This document shows positions 1-13,039 of a stretch of DNA of 64,000 nucleotides, piece by piece. The stretch is from Adineta vaga (lineage: Eukaryota > Animalia > Rotifera), in assembly GCA_021613535.1 (NCBI GenBank), contig CP075497.1, positions 1,736,001-1,800,000 on the forward strand, given 5' to 3'. The position numbers and the translations under genes were made by a program. The stretch's first letter is position 1. Every line of letters begins with the position of its first letter. The notes beneath the pieces are model-generated. The model worked only from the letters and a program-made list of their open reading frames with translations. It searched no databases and was not told the origin of the DNA.

Positions 1-662
1 TAATTCGAATCGATTTCTATCTCACAGTAGTTTCTATGTAGTAACTATTGCTAGAGGTATCACACCACTCTTATTAGATCCACAACAATTTTTTTACTAA
101 TTTGAATGCGTTCTAAAAAAAACGAGTTTTTGTTAGAAAACTGGTTGGAAGATTTTCAGGTGTTTTTTGAAGAAGCTACATTGTATTTCCTCATAAAACG
201 TTTTAAGAAAAAAAGAAGGCTATAACTTTGTAGCGCGTCGAACGGCGGTTCTAATGGCGTTTGAATAAAATTTCTATCTCGTCGCAAAAAAAACTAGATA
301 CGTCTACAAGATCACGCACCACGGTGAGAAACAGTAATACCGACCGAAATTCTGTATTGAACATGTTAGATTTGATCGAGTTTTAGTCGACATTTCTAGA
401 CTCAGTTTCTCATGGGGAATCCGAATATCACCTTTAAAACGTAAAAACATTGAAAGGAAAAAAAATTATTGCATAATTTCTGAAAACAAGGATTTTTCGT
501 GTTTTTCACTACTACTCAGTATTTTGCGTTTTTCTCCGTGAATATTTCACTTAAACTGAAAACGAAGGTGATATTCGTGATCAGCAGCTCAAGGCGATTC
601 AGAACATGTGTGAAAAAACAAAAAATAAAATTTGTGGAAACTTTGCATTACGCGCACCTTAT
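1..662. mobile_element. Probable remnant (one end) of a non-autonomous DNA transposon, cut by the window edge
   Basis: Non-coding and richer in CpG than the flanks; ends in a terminus-like motif (...ggaaactttgcattacgcgcacctta, about 636-661). The partner end is not visible. Confidence 0.25.
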
Positions 663-834
663 ATTCGATTGTTAAGTCGTGTGTTTAACTATTTATATTT
701 GAAGTTTTGTATAGATGGCGCCATAATTTCCACAATATATTAATTATATTTTTGTTTTACTTCTCACTCTCCATCTATCTAGAAAATTACTTTTCATTTT
801 ATAAAAAATAATAATATAGTACAGAATGTCATAT

Positions 835-1072
835 ACCGGGATCTGTGGCCTTATTAAGTAGGTTTTCAGAAAAAACGGTTTAAAAACAAGGCATAATCTG
901 AGTTCCGTTTTCGAATAGAATTCGGTGCTCCGTAATACGGTCCGTAAATGGCGCGAAAAATATCCGTATTTACACCGTTAACTGCTATCGGTATACAAAA
1001 AAAGTCGGAGATCCGTTTAGATGCCGTTTTTATTGGTATACTGCCGTTTTCGGTCCGACTCGTTCGACCTGG
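835..1072. mobile_element. MITE-like interspersed repeat remnant rich in ccgt/acgg motifs
   Basis: About 240 nt with locally elevated GC and repeated ccgtaa/acggt/ccgttt motifs, ending ...gttcgacctgg. The overlapping ORF 866-1309 looks non-genic. Confidence 0.35.
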
Positions 1073-1579
1073 AAGGTCAGAGTCATACAGCTGAATTATC
1101 GACACTGTTACGCTAATATCCTTGACAATTGTTGACACACATAATATATGTCGAAGTGATTTATAAAACGAAAGAACTTTACTGAACCATTCTAATATCT
1201 TTATTAGAGAAATGATTGCGTGTTTGATTATTTTCCAAGCTACCATGGGGTACAATAAAATGTAAGACACGACAAGATTTCTTTTATCAATTATAAAAGT
1301 ATTGTTCACAGGTCATTGGAAATGAAAGACATAAATAGATTAAAAAGAAAATATTTTTTGTACCTCAGAAATCAATGTGATGTTAACTCAATTTCATTAG
1401 AGTAAGACATGCATATTTTAGATGGGATAAAATATCGAATATAAATAACCTAATCTAATATATAATTATTGAATAGACGAATGACGCACGGGAATAATTT
1501 ACTTATTTTTTTTTATAAAGAAGTGTATTGTTTAATACCATTTACTTTTCTGTACGACATTTTCGAGTTTTTCTCTGGC

Positions 1580-2000
1580 GATATGATAATTCCTGAAGTA
1601 AGTTTTATTGGTTTTCAAGATTTAGGTGAAGGATGCAGTATGATATGATTGAAATTTGTATATTATTGTTGGTAAAAAAACGAAATTTATCGTTTTATAA
1701 CAGAAGATATATTTCGAGTCTTCTATGGATCATCAAGTGTATAATACTGATTCAACTTTTTTAAAGTACTGGATTTTGGTTATACAAAAGATCATCAACA
1801 TGTTTATTTATATGAACAAATTTGATTCCTCCTGATAATAATGGAATGACAATTATTTTACCAATTCCACCATCAGTAACGCCTTTTATGCTCATTCCAC
1901 TATTTCATACTCAAATCATGTAATAATACCAAATCAAACAGTCTTTGCAGGATACATTGCAGGAACAAATGATTCAATTGATTGTTGCATTTTAATATAA
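1580..2000 (+). pseudogene. Decayed gene with a DKNYY-like repeat fragment
   Basis: Splice-like signals (gaa/gtaagt...tttag; ttg/gtaaa...aacag) and the fragment FKVLDFGYTKDHQHVYLY at about 1760-1815 resembling DKNYY repeats, interrupted by frameshifts and stops. Confidence 0.3.
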
Positions 2001-2146
2001 GCTTTTCTTTTTCTCTTTCTCTTCATAAAGGACAAAGTATGATACATTTAAACAACAATATTTATATACAAAGACGAAAGAAAAACAATAATTAAGAATC
2101 AGAGATCACCTTAGTCTGTTTTCTTAGAAAAAGATCAATCAATCGT

Positions 2147-5100
2147 TCAAGTCTCTGTCTCGTCAGGACCATCATGACCTTTAAAACGTATTCGAGCAAA
2201 TTCTTCGAAAATAAAATCATCATCATGTCCATTTCCATCGAAACTAAATGGAAATATTTCGAAAACTTCGTTGAAGAATGAGAAAATCATTGTACAAACT
2301 TTGCATCAAGTTGAATTAAATTATGATCAATTGGAACATCCGTTGGTTGATGATCATCTGTATGTTGTTGATCAAATTGTCGAGATGGTGAAGGAGTTGG
2401 TGGTGGTTTTGGATGAGTTAATGTAAATGGTAATTCAACAGATAAATCTCTGATTTAATAGAAGAAAAAGACTTTGGTTAATTTGTAAATAAAACAAAAC
2501 TCATCTACCCTCCCATTGAAACAACAATTTTCACTTTCACTTTATATTGAACAACAATACCGAGATTTTCTTTTTGAGTATTACTTCCCATTCTATATAG
2601 GAAAAGAAAAGGAGAAAATATATTTTTGATATTTTTCAATTGAAAACTCTTTACATAGTTGATGAAGCTAAATTTGTATCTTCATGTTTTAATTTTCCAT
2701 CTAAGGCTAAACCTCTTTTATCTTTATTATTTGCCAAAAGTGGTGTTAATGCATAAACTTTTGTCAATGTTGAACAAGGAGTAACTGGAAAACCTTCACT
2801 AAAATACACCAAAACAAATAATTAATAAAAAAATGTCTTTGAAAATCTTTCGAAAAAGCGACTCTTTTGTTTATTATCTTCATACTCAGATTCTAATTCT
2901 GCAATAGTACATTTGTAATGTGCATTGGTAAATAAACATATTTCCGCAAATTGTTTGACTAGAATACAACATTTAAAGCATTACAATATTGAATAAGAAA
3001 ACATATAAGCTATAGTTAGATACAACAAAAATCAATATATCGAGCAAAATTATAGTCAATTACCTCGATTCAAGAACAGCTACATCACATCTGTACTGCG
3101 TTGATGAGTACAAACAGATCTCTGCATTTTGTACAACTACACAGTCAATCAGAAGTTTTAGATTCAACAAAAGAAAATCTTTTTCTCTCTCGTTCATTTT
3201 ATCATTGATTTCGAGTGAAAAGAAAAAAGATATTTACCAGCAATACGAATTTTTCGTAGAGTTTTATTTGAATTATTTGTAACAACAACATTAACATTAA
3301 TATTTTCACCATGATAATACATCTGAAAAATGAAAATTTTTCTAAACAAAAAGTAAGAAACAAATTCAAACCTCTTTATCTAAAGTACATTCTAAATGCA
3401 ATGGTGCTGGTGACATCATAAATTCCTTATGTGCTTCAATAACTGGCTGTGGTGCAGGAATTTCCGGTGCATATGTTAATTTTCTAATTGCTAATCGAAC
3501 AGAACTTCGTTTATGTGATTTATCTTCATTGGTTTCAGCAACATAAGTTTTCAATTCATAATCAACACCACAAGGTTTTCCTGTGTCACCAGCAGCTGGT
3601 TGTAACGTAACTGAAGCTGGCGCATGTTGAGGAATCTAAAAACAAATAAAAGAGATTGTAATTCAATTTTATTTTGTCGATAAAATTTACTTCGAAATAG
3701 AATGGATAGGCATTTGGTCCTAATTTTCTTAATAAACGTTGTTGTAAATGTGTTAAAGATTTCTTTTGATCATCGATTGGAGGATAAATTTGTTGAGTTG
3801 AACAAAACAAATCTTTTCGAAATGTTAAACCAAGAACATCAAGATCTTCTCGACCATATCGAAATGCTTGAAAAATTTTATGATTTATTAGCACAAAATG
3901 ATTAATGATATAGTTTACCTGCTAATACTGATGCATAAACTTTTCGATCTTTCACATATTCAGGATCGACTAGAACAACTCCATCTAAGGAAGAAAAACC
4001 GATTTCATTTTTCAAATAAAACATTTCGATACGTACCGATTGGATCAATATGATCCATATAATCGATAAAATCTCTCTTTCCAAGATAACATGTAATCTA
4101 TTCATAGAAAATTTGATTGGATTCATTGAAAATAAAAGAAATAAACTGAATACCTTTGAATTTGGACTACTTTTTTTGAACACACTAAATAGAAAAAGCA
4201 AAAGAAAATATATAGAATAACCTTGAGATTTGACTCACATTGATGTTACATTACACATTTTTCTCTAATAGGAAAACAAAATTCTATTATCTAGACAAGC
4301 GAATATATATCCTATCCATCTATATATATATATATATGAGAAAAAGAAATGTTGCGAACATGTAACAATAATCAATAAGGAAAATAGAAGGAAAAACTAT
4401 TATCCATCTGTCGATAGTGAAGAAAAATAGTCGACCTTCAGAAGAGAATCAATTCTTCATCTGGAATATTTCTTTTAATCTGTCTAAGCGAACAAAAATT
4501 GAAAAGACATTCTTGACAGAAAAACTACGGATGACAATTTTTGACATCGAAGATACAAAGAAGAAGCAAAAAGGTTTTCTTACATTTTCCGGAATAGAAA
4601 CATTCTGATGTCATATTAAAATATATCGATAAATAAAATTATAGATGAATTCATATTTTTCTTCAAATTAATGAAAGTTTAACAAGATATATTTTTAAAG
4701 ATCACAAGTCAATTTTCTTTAAATTCGATTATTGATATTTTATATTGATAATTAACAATAATTCAATTTTTTCTTCTGAAAAAAACAAACTTCCTCGAAA
4801 GATCATGTTTTTCTATACTTACGGTTTCATAAGGTATCATATAGACAAATAAATATTATTTATCACCATTAAATCAAATGAACCAAAGAACGAATTAATC
4901 GTATGCAAACGTTGAACATAGTCTTTAGTGTATATAGTCACTAAAATAATGCCTCTTTGTCTTAGTCCTTATTTTTCATATCAACTTGACGTCGGATGCA
5001 TTCTTTTTTTCTTCTTCTTCTTCTATTTGTAACTCTCACAAACATTCCTTTTTCTTCGTCTTTTCCTTCTTAGTAGAAGATTTTTCTTTCTTTTTTTTGT

Positions 5101-5986
5101 ATTAGACGAGACACGGAATAATATTAATAATAGAGAGAAGAACGTTTTACAAAAGAAAAGAAAAGATGCACTCATCTGACGTCTGCAATAATTAAAAGAT
5201 CCGCCAGCAAAAGAGAAGAAGAAAAAACGAAGAAAGTCAAAGAAAAAATGCCGACTATAAGCAATATCACTTTACAAAATGATCTTTGTATTTATGATTA
5301 TCATAAAACATATGTTTTGTTATATGACAATAACATCTGCATTGGGAAAGTATTAATAAATTTATCCCAGTAGGAATCTCTTTTTAATATTTATATGAAA
5401 TTGATTGTCAATAGAAAAGATTCTATTGAATAAATTCTCTCGATTAAAAATAATGATATCGATGTACTCGTTTTTTTCTTTTAGAAAAAATCCAACTTTT
5501 TACTTCCTAATCTTTTCGAATAAGATAAAAACGTGTTAAACAATACCGTGTTCCTTGTTTTTTTGAATCATCTAGATCTAAATCCAAAGGAATGTTGTCA
5601 TTAATTTGTTCTTGTTTCGCCATGTTAAAGAATCTTCTTTTTTCTTTTTATATAAAAACTAAAGATAAAAATCTTGTCTGACCGATTTTTGACATATGAC
5701 AAGATATTTTATCTGAAGAGGAATACATCAAATTAATTATTCAAATCCTTTTCTTTCTCTTCTTTATTCATCTGTTTATGACAAGAAAATTCAGTCGATG
5801 TTCATACTTTCTGTTTTTTTTTCTAAAAGAAAAATCATTGTCATTAAAATCTATTCATATACAATGATCTTGTATGAAAAGAAAAAGAAAAGAATATGTA
5901 TTGAAAGACTAAATATTTAAAGTTTTTCAAATAACTTACGGGAATAAAATAGCTTGCTGTTTTCTCATTTGTTTATTTGTCGCCAT
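2147..5986 (-). CDS. ARRB: Beta-arrestin (non-visual arrestin, kurtz-like); multi-exon, with alternative first exons and mutually exclusive internal exons
   Basis: Spliced translation: [46 protein letters not shown]...[20 protein letters not shown]...[25 protein letters not shown]...[19 protein letters not shown]; clathrin box LIQLD; AP2 motif [16 protein letters not shown]; stop at 2147-2149. Confidence 0.97.
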
Positions 5987-7259
5987 CAATAACTTCTTTA
6001 TCCTTTTTCTTTTTTTTTTATTTAAATCTTCACTCCTGACATCTATCGAATAATTTCATTTCTCTGTTCAATTTACTGTTTTTGACCAAGTTTAACGTAC
6101 TTGAACAATCCGTATTAGAATTTGTTCTTGAAAATCTATTTGAAATAATGATTTGTTCGGATGAAACTTTTCACTATAATTTACACAAGCTATATTTATC
6201 GGGTAGAGTGGGTGGAATATGTTACATATAATCTTTTCTTTTCTCTAGTTTAAAGAAATCATTTCTATCTTTGAAGATTAAAAGTCCATTCTTTTTTTCT
6301 TTAGAAAAGTGTCAATGCCTTTCTGAAGCTTTTCTACTCATTAATAAATCCAAATAAAATAACTTTTAGAAAACACAAACATATTTGAAAGCAAATCTAG
6401 TAGAAGAAAAAAAATCTTTTCTTCAAATCTTCATAAACACGCGATGAGATTTCTTTAAAGAAGAAGAAGAAAAATATTTCACAGTAAATATTGTTTCATT
6501 ACTGAGCTAAAAGATAAAATTACCTGATTTCAATACCATATAGAAACGACATTTGAAAAGATATTGCACACAGCAAAAAAAATGAAGTTCTACATAACAA
6601 TTCCCGAGAAATATTTGTCTTCAAATATCTCAAAATAGTTTTAATAAGAAACCAGACGTCATTTTACTATTTAATAAATGCAGAATCCATACGTAATTAA
6701 TCATGTGGTAAGAAAACATACGTCTATTGAATCACATCAAATATTCTGATGAATAGGCATATTAATACCACGAATTGAATAATTATCAATTCATCACAAT
6801 ATATTTATCTTCTAGAAGGACATTCTTTCATTTCAAATCCATTCTAACAATATGATTACAATTCACAAACATATCTCTCAAATCCTATTCAGAAAATAAA
6901 TTATACAGAGTGGTACAAAAATCACATTACTAAACATCTCTGTAACAAGCTCTCATTCTTTTCTCAAGAATACAAACATATTCAAACTGATGAAATTATT
7001 ATGGATCTTCTTTTCCTGTTAACCTCTGTCTGTTCTTTGAATTAATTATTCAATAGAAAAAACAAAGTGTGATTTTCTAACAATAGAATAAAACAAGAAT
7101 TAATCTTAAGTTGATGAACGATATTTTCTTTCTCATGCAATATAACTAAAGAAAATTCGTCTCAATGACCTTGATTTTTATCGTTTCAACTCGATTTTTT
7201 TATAGAAGAAAAGAATTTATTTCAAATTTTGTATCAACAAAAAAAAAACAAAGAAAATG

Positions 7260-10200
7260 TTAACATCCGAGTGAACCCATTTGAAATTGTTTCATTGTCA
7301 TTGCTTCAATATCACCGGATGTTATTAAAACATGTTGTCCATTATAATTATTATTATTATTAAAACTTGAAAAATTCAATGCATTTCCAATTGACGTTGG
7401 ACGAGAAGAATGTCGATCAATAGCATGTCGATTTGTTAATATTTGATGATTTGGTTCTATTGAATGTCGTCGAAATGTTCCATCGGATGAATTCGATAGT
7501 CGATGTTCAGGTTTCGTATTAACTGTTTTTCGTACAACTGTTGTTGCTACTGATGAACTCACATGTTTATCTGATTCATCACTTAATTGATTTCCAAATG
7601 TTGATAAATGCTCCAAACGATCTTTCTAATAAACAGAAAAGAAATAATTGGCATAATCAATTGATTTTATGATTACATGCATCGATAAATCAACAAATTG
7701 AATCGATTTGTCTCAAAATATTTTCTTAACTTACTAAATATTCTCGATCTTTTCGTTTCATTATTCTTCGTCGTCGATAAGTCTAAAAACAAAAGAGAAG
7801 AAATACAAAAGATCGAAAATCCTTCATTTCAACTTACAACAAAATACATCCAAAGGAAAAATAAAACATGAAATAATGTATAAATTATAGCTAAAGATAC
7901 AAAAGCAATGTTATCCCAATATGGTGCCACATTGGTTGGACAAACAGCGATAATTGCATGCCATCCACATACAACGCATAACATAACCATGGATAGAAGA
8001 ACATATTTATCCTAGAGGAGATTCAAGATTTAATTTGAAATAAAAGAAAAGAAAATTTACTAAAGTTGTTAAATAAGATATTGTTGGTAAACATCGAACA
8101 ACAACCCATTTGAATGTAACAGCTGTTAGAAGAAGTGTAAAACTTAATTGAAGACGATTTTGTGGAAGATTATAAGTAACACTAAATGTTGTAAATGCCA
8201 TGACTGTGATAAAAAACTAGAAGAATGGATAGAAATGAAGTTAAATCAAGAGAAAGAAAAACAGAGTTTTACAATTAAAAAATAAACATTCCAATAAAAA
8301 TATCCTGGTCTTCGTGCGGCTCGACCTACAAAAACAAAATGAAGAATTTTTCAAAAATTGTTTTTTTGTTTTGTTTATTTTCTTTTACAAGTAGCTGAAA
8401 AAGCAGGATGTTGATTTTGTGATGGTGTAAATGGATTTGATAATAATTTTGTTGAAGTTTCTACATGTTCATGTAAACGCCATTCTTGTTGATCAATAAA
8501 TGCATCTTTCAAAAAAACAAAACAAAAATCTTTCATAAATCTCAACTCAACGTAAATTCTTACGAGTATTAATTGCACTTAATTGATTTGTATCTGCTGT
8601 TAAATAAACTTCATTTACAGTTCGAGTTGTTGATATTGTTATTGATAAATCCTATTTAGAGATATTTTTTACTGAAAAAAAAAAGATCGAGATATTCATG
8701 GTATTTACTTGAACATCAACAGGAAAATCATTTAATTCCAAATTTTCCAAAAAAACACCTTTAATTTTTCTCATTTCATAAATCTAAATTCAAACAAAAA
8801 TTTTAAAAAAAGAAAAAGATAAAATCTCTCGTTTACCATTGGTATATCAATTCCATCATAAACAACTTTATGCCAAATATCATATTTTAAATCTCCAACT
8901 GAATTATCAATGTATAATAATGGATTCCAAAATTTATTTGGATCAAACGAATCAATATCCTATTCAAATTAAAATACGAAATGATTTTCTTTGGAAAACA
9001 TGTTTTCTTCAAAGAAATCATATACATACTTACATAGCACTTACCGTTCCTTTCAAGGTCGGTTCAGACCATCGTGCTTGAATAAAAGCTTCGGCTTGAA
9101 ATTGTTCTTTCAATGTATCAATTTCACCAATTTTTAAAAACACCAACCGTAATTCAACGTTGACCTACAAAAGAAATTCAAACGAATATTTCTCTCTCTC
9201 GTCGTATTCATTCAAGCATGACGTGTTGACCTGATCATCTTCATTCGATCGGTCGGTCATTCATTTCATTTCGTTTCATTCAAAACATATCAATACAAAA
9301 CATGGAAAATATTTATTCAACAAAACTTGTTTCTCGTTCAACAAGATTTGCTGTTCCACTTGGCATTCTTTTAATTTTATTTGGAATGATTTCAATAATT
9401 CTTTCATCAATCGATTTAAGTAATAGTCGTTCAACAATATCAAACAATCAATTCAATCAAACGACTGTTTCAAGTGCATATTCTGAACAATCAATTTGGC
9501 CAACACTTGCAAAAGGAATTTGGTGTGGACTGTTTTTTCTCGCTGTCGGCATCTTTTCTTTAATTGCTCATCGTGAAAAAACCTTAACAGCTATGCGAAT
9601 TCTTTCCTTTCTTGGATTTGTTTCAATGTTTCTCAGTTTATTTCTCTTTTTATCATCAATTATTGTTTTTCAACGTTATATATTCGAAGGTCGAACAAAT
9701 GCCAATCAACGTACATCAATGGAACAAAAAGAAGTGATTATTAATGTTCTTCTTTTTGTATCAGGTGTTTTAACATTAATTATTTCATTAATTCTAACAA
9801 TTGGATCACTCATATGTGGACAATTTTGTCAAACACAAAATGAAGAATTGGAAAATTTAGCTAATGTTCTTCATCCACCTCCACCACCTGCTTATTCGGC
9901 ACCTCCTCATTATTAAAATTCTCAAAATGAAATAACTTTCTTTAGAATTCATCAGACTTGTTCTTCTCTTCATCTTAATCATTTTTCTGTAGAATGTTAT
10001 TGTTAGAATAATTAAACTAGCATCATATGATTTTCTTTTCAATACTCAAAGGATTTTCTTAATTTGATTCATCGATTCTCATTTGTCAGATTGAATTAAA
10101 CATAATTTTAATGAACTCTATACTTCATGAATATTTATTAACTTTCTCGTTCTGTTTTAAAAGGAAAATTTTAACTTACTCTTTCAAGTTTATGAACACC

Positions 10201-10446
10201 AGAATTATCATCAACTGGTCGTGCATCTTGTTTTTCACAAACTTTAGTAATATAATCTTTGATTTCTGTTAAAACTTTGATATTTTTCTTGAAATTATTA
10301 TTTAATTCTTGAAGTGTATTGGTTAAATCACGTAAATCATTTGTTGATACGGAATTTTGACTTCGTTTTGTTGAAAGATATTGATAAGCTGAAGATGTTG
10401 CTGGTAATGTTTGTGAAGATCCTGCTCCTCCGAGAGATGAATTCAT
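7260..10446 (-). CDS. Pentameric ligand-gated ion channel subunit, Cys-less (Pro-loop) type
   Basis: Exon 1 (10180-10446) splices in phase 0 to VNVELRLVFLKIGEIDTLKEQFQAEAFIQARW (acceptor at 9164). Loop KGVFLENLELNDFPVDVQDLSITI; pre-M1 RRPGYFYWNVYF; M2 RLQLSFTLLLTAVTFK; LPTISYLTTLDKY; M4 followed by a long tail. Confidence 0.9.
9302..9916 (+). CDS. Intronless four-transmembrane protein (MS4A/CD20-like) with C-terminal PPxY motifs, nested in the channel intron
   Basis: 204-aa ORF with four hydrophobic segments, GIWCG motif before TM2 and a PPPPPAYSAPPHY tail; lies inside intron 9165-10179 of the opposite-strand gene. Confidence 0.8.
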   Translation: MENIYSTKLVSRSTRFAVPLGILLILFGMISIILSSIDLSNSRSTISNNQFNQTTVSSAYSEQSIWPTLAKGIWCGLFFLAVGIFSLIAHREKTLTAMRILSFLGFVSMFLSLFLFLSSIIVFQRYIFEGRTNANQRTSMEQKEVIINVLLFVSGVLTLIISLILTIGSLICGQFCQTQNEELENLANVLHPPPPPAYSAPPHY

Positions 10447-11403
10447 TGAAAAACAAAAGGACGAATTCGATTCAATTCAATCTAAAATAGAACAAAGATT
10501 CTTCTTGTCTTTCATTATCAAAGAAAGTTATTTCTTGTCGAAAGAAACGATCTCATCGTTGTTTCTCCATCAACAACTTGCCTTATGCGATTCAATATCC
10601 TTGTTGATGTTAATAATGAGACGACGAAATGCTTGTAATGATAAAAAAGAGAAAAAGAGAGAGAGAGAGGGAGAAAAGAGATATTCTATCCCAAAACTTG
10701 CCGACATAGATGAAAAGAATAGCAACAGTATAACACATCGATCATAAAAAGACAAGCTGAATGGCAAAGGAAAAAAGTGTATGTTGTTCTCTTTGACATC
10801 CAGATCGACAACTATATACTAAATGACTAACATTATTCCTTAACAGACACTTAGATTTATATTGACAAAAGGTGTTCTTTTCCCAATAGGAAAAAAAGAA
10901 GTAACAAGGAAATGACTTTCATCAAATATATTTTGACATCGAGGTTCTTGACAAATTCTTTTCGTTTTAGTTCAGTTGAAGAGAAACAAGAAATCTCGAG
11001 TTAGACTAATTAAATTCTTTGTTTTTTTTTTATCTCATTGATCTTGACGAACTGATGAAAGATTTGATAGAAAAATATAGACGAAAGTTTTATAATAAAT
11101 AGAAAATATTATCAATCAATCAATCAACATTTTTAGATAGAAGATTTCTTGTTACTGATAGACAATCAGATTTGATTGAGTATCTTTTTACTTTACATAA
11201 ACACATCGACATCAATGTCAAACAAGGCAAATCAAGTTGATTTCCTTCCACGCGGTTCGAATTAAAGCATAGATGAATGTTCTCGAACACGATAAAATAA
11301 TCTTTCAATGCTAAGTACATCCTTTGGATAACATTTAATGAAGTAATCAGATTTAGATAAATACCTTAATATAATAAATTAAATTTTGGAGGTAAGTGTA
11401 TTC

Positions 11404-11515
11404 AGTAGTGTCACATATCCCACGCTTTGGAGATGCATTCTCGTCTCCTGTGAGAGATATGCGCATATATAAGAATGAGGATGCGTCTCCGAAACGCGAG
11501 ATATGTAACACCACT
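11404..11515. mobile_element. About 112-bp palindromic MITE-like element
   Basis: Left arm agtagtgtcacatatcccacgctttggagatgcattctc matches the reverse complement of the right arm (agtggtgttacatatctcgcgtttcggagacgcatcctc) with scattered transitions. No clear TSD. Confidence 0.6.
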
Positions 11516-12942
11516 CGAAAATAGATAAATGTACTGATTGAATCAATTGAAAACTATGAAAAGATTATTTTAATGTTTCCTTTGATATGAAAACCAATTC
11601 AATAATAAGATTCAACTATGAAGATTTTCTTTTGATAATATTTTTCTCTAAATATTCATGTTCTATTAATCCTAGAATTACCAGCCAGGGTTTAAATGAA
11701 CGTTGCTCTTCAAAAGTAAGAACATTCTATAAAATCGTAACTTTTCATTAACTCACACATAAAAACAATCCGGTTTTAATTAGATAATTACTGAAAAGAG
11801 AAAAAAAGATATCCTTCTCAAAATCCATTCGACTTTTTATCATTCAAAATAGCCTTGGGACTATTAAGATTAATTAATATCAGAAAAGGATTAAAACAAT
11901 AAAATAAAACCTATCCTCACTTTCATTATTAGAATATTTCTTTATTTAACATAAATACATCGACGTGGAAATCTAAAAGGGCAAATCAAGTTTATTCTTA
12001 CATAAAATAAAAGTACATGAAAGTTGAATTTATTTGATCCCTGGATAAGAATTTTCTTACGAATCAAAGATGACTATGTTCTCGAACGTTTAAATAACCT
12101 TTTGACGTCAGGAACATTCTTTATATAATATCTAATAATCGAGAAGAGAATGTATATCGTTGAATATGTGATTATATTCTGCAATAAAATAATAAAACAT
12201 GTGCAGATGCAGATAAAAACTAACCGTTGAGTTTTCATATCGACTATCCAAAAAAGTATGAAGTCGTTTACAATAGAAGAAAGAAGTATAACGATGATAT
12301 CAATTATCTTCAAAAATTATCATTATCGTGTCTAGTTTGAACTGAAAATTCATTTAGATAAAGTTTTAATGTTGAGTCAATTTCAAATTATGAACTGAAA
12401 TAGAATTGTCTTGGATATATTGACATTGATTTTATCTTTCTTTTTATCATTCGATTTTTTTTTACTATAAAATTACAAACTTATCTTTTGTTTGATAAAA
12501 CTGTAATTTTCGTCTTAATAATAACAATCAAGATATTTTTCAATTCATTACCAAAGAGATTGAATGGGAGAATAACAATAATTTCATTAAAAACTAAAAA
12601 TATTTAATTAATTCAAAAGAATCGACAAGTTTGAAGATAAAGTAACGTCTATCATGTACTTCTTTTCGATGTATGCGATTAGTCATTTAACTGTTCGATT
12701 CTTCTTTCGAAAATTCTTTTTTTTTCTCCGATTACCTCGAAATCTTCTTCTATTCCAGATGATGATAACATATATGATTATGCCCTAGATGAATTTAACC
12801 TAGGTATCGAAAGAAAGAGAATACATTTCTTATTTGATATATCTATATGTGTACAAAGAGAGAAAGTACAGAGTGATATCATATCATCGAATATCGCTCA
12901 CTTTCTTTGTAAATACTTTGTCTAGGGTAGGCTGGGTCAGGG

Positions 12943-12949
12943 TATAAAA
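12943..12949 (+). promoter_or_regulatory. TATA box of the CBM14/EGF gene
   Basis: gggTATAAAAag, about 95 nt upstream of the ATG at 13040. Confidence 0.5.
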
Positions 12950-13039
12950 AGATGCCTCTAATCGTCGATCTTTACCATTTTCTTTTAAATCATACCGATT
13001 TACTATATATTAGCATTATCGATTAATACATTATCAAGA

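Noticed and set aside
866-1309. 147-aa minus-strand ORF
   Set aside because: Non-ATG start, runs through a repeat-like element, no recognisable domain.
6521-6540. A further ATG mini-exon candidate for beta-arrestin
   Set aside because: The donor is in phase 1, incompatible with the phase-2 acceptor exon.
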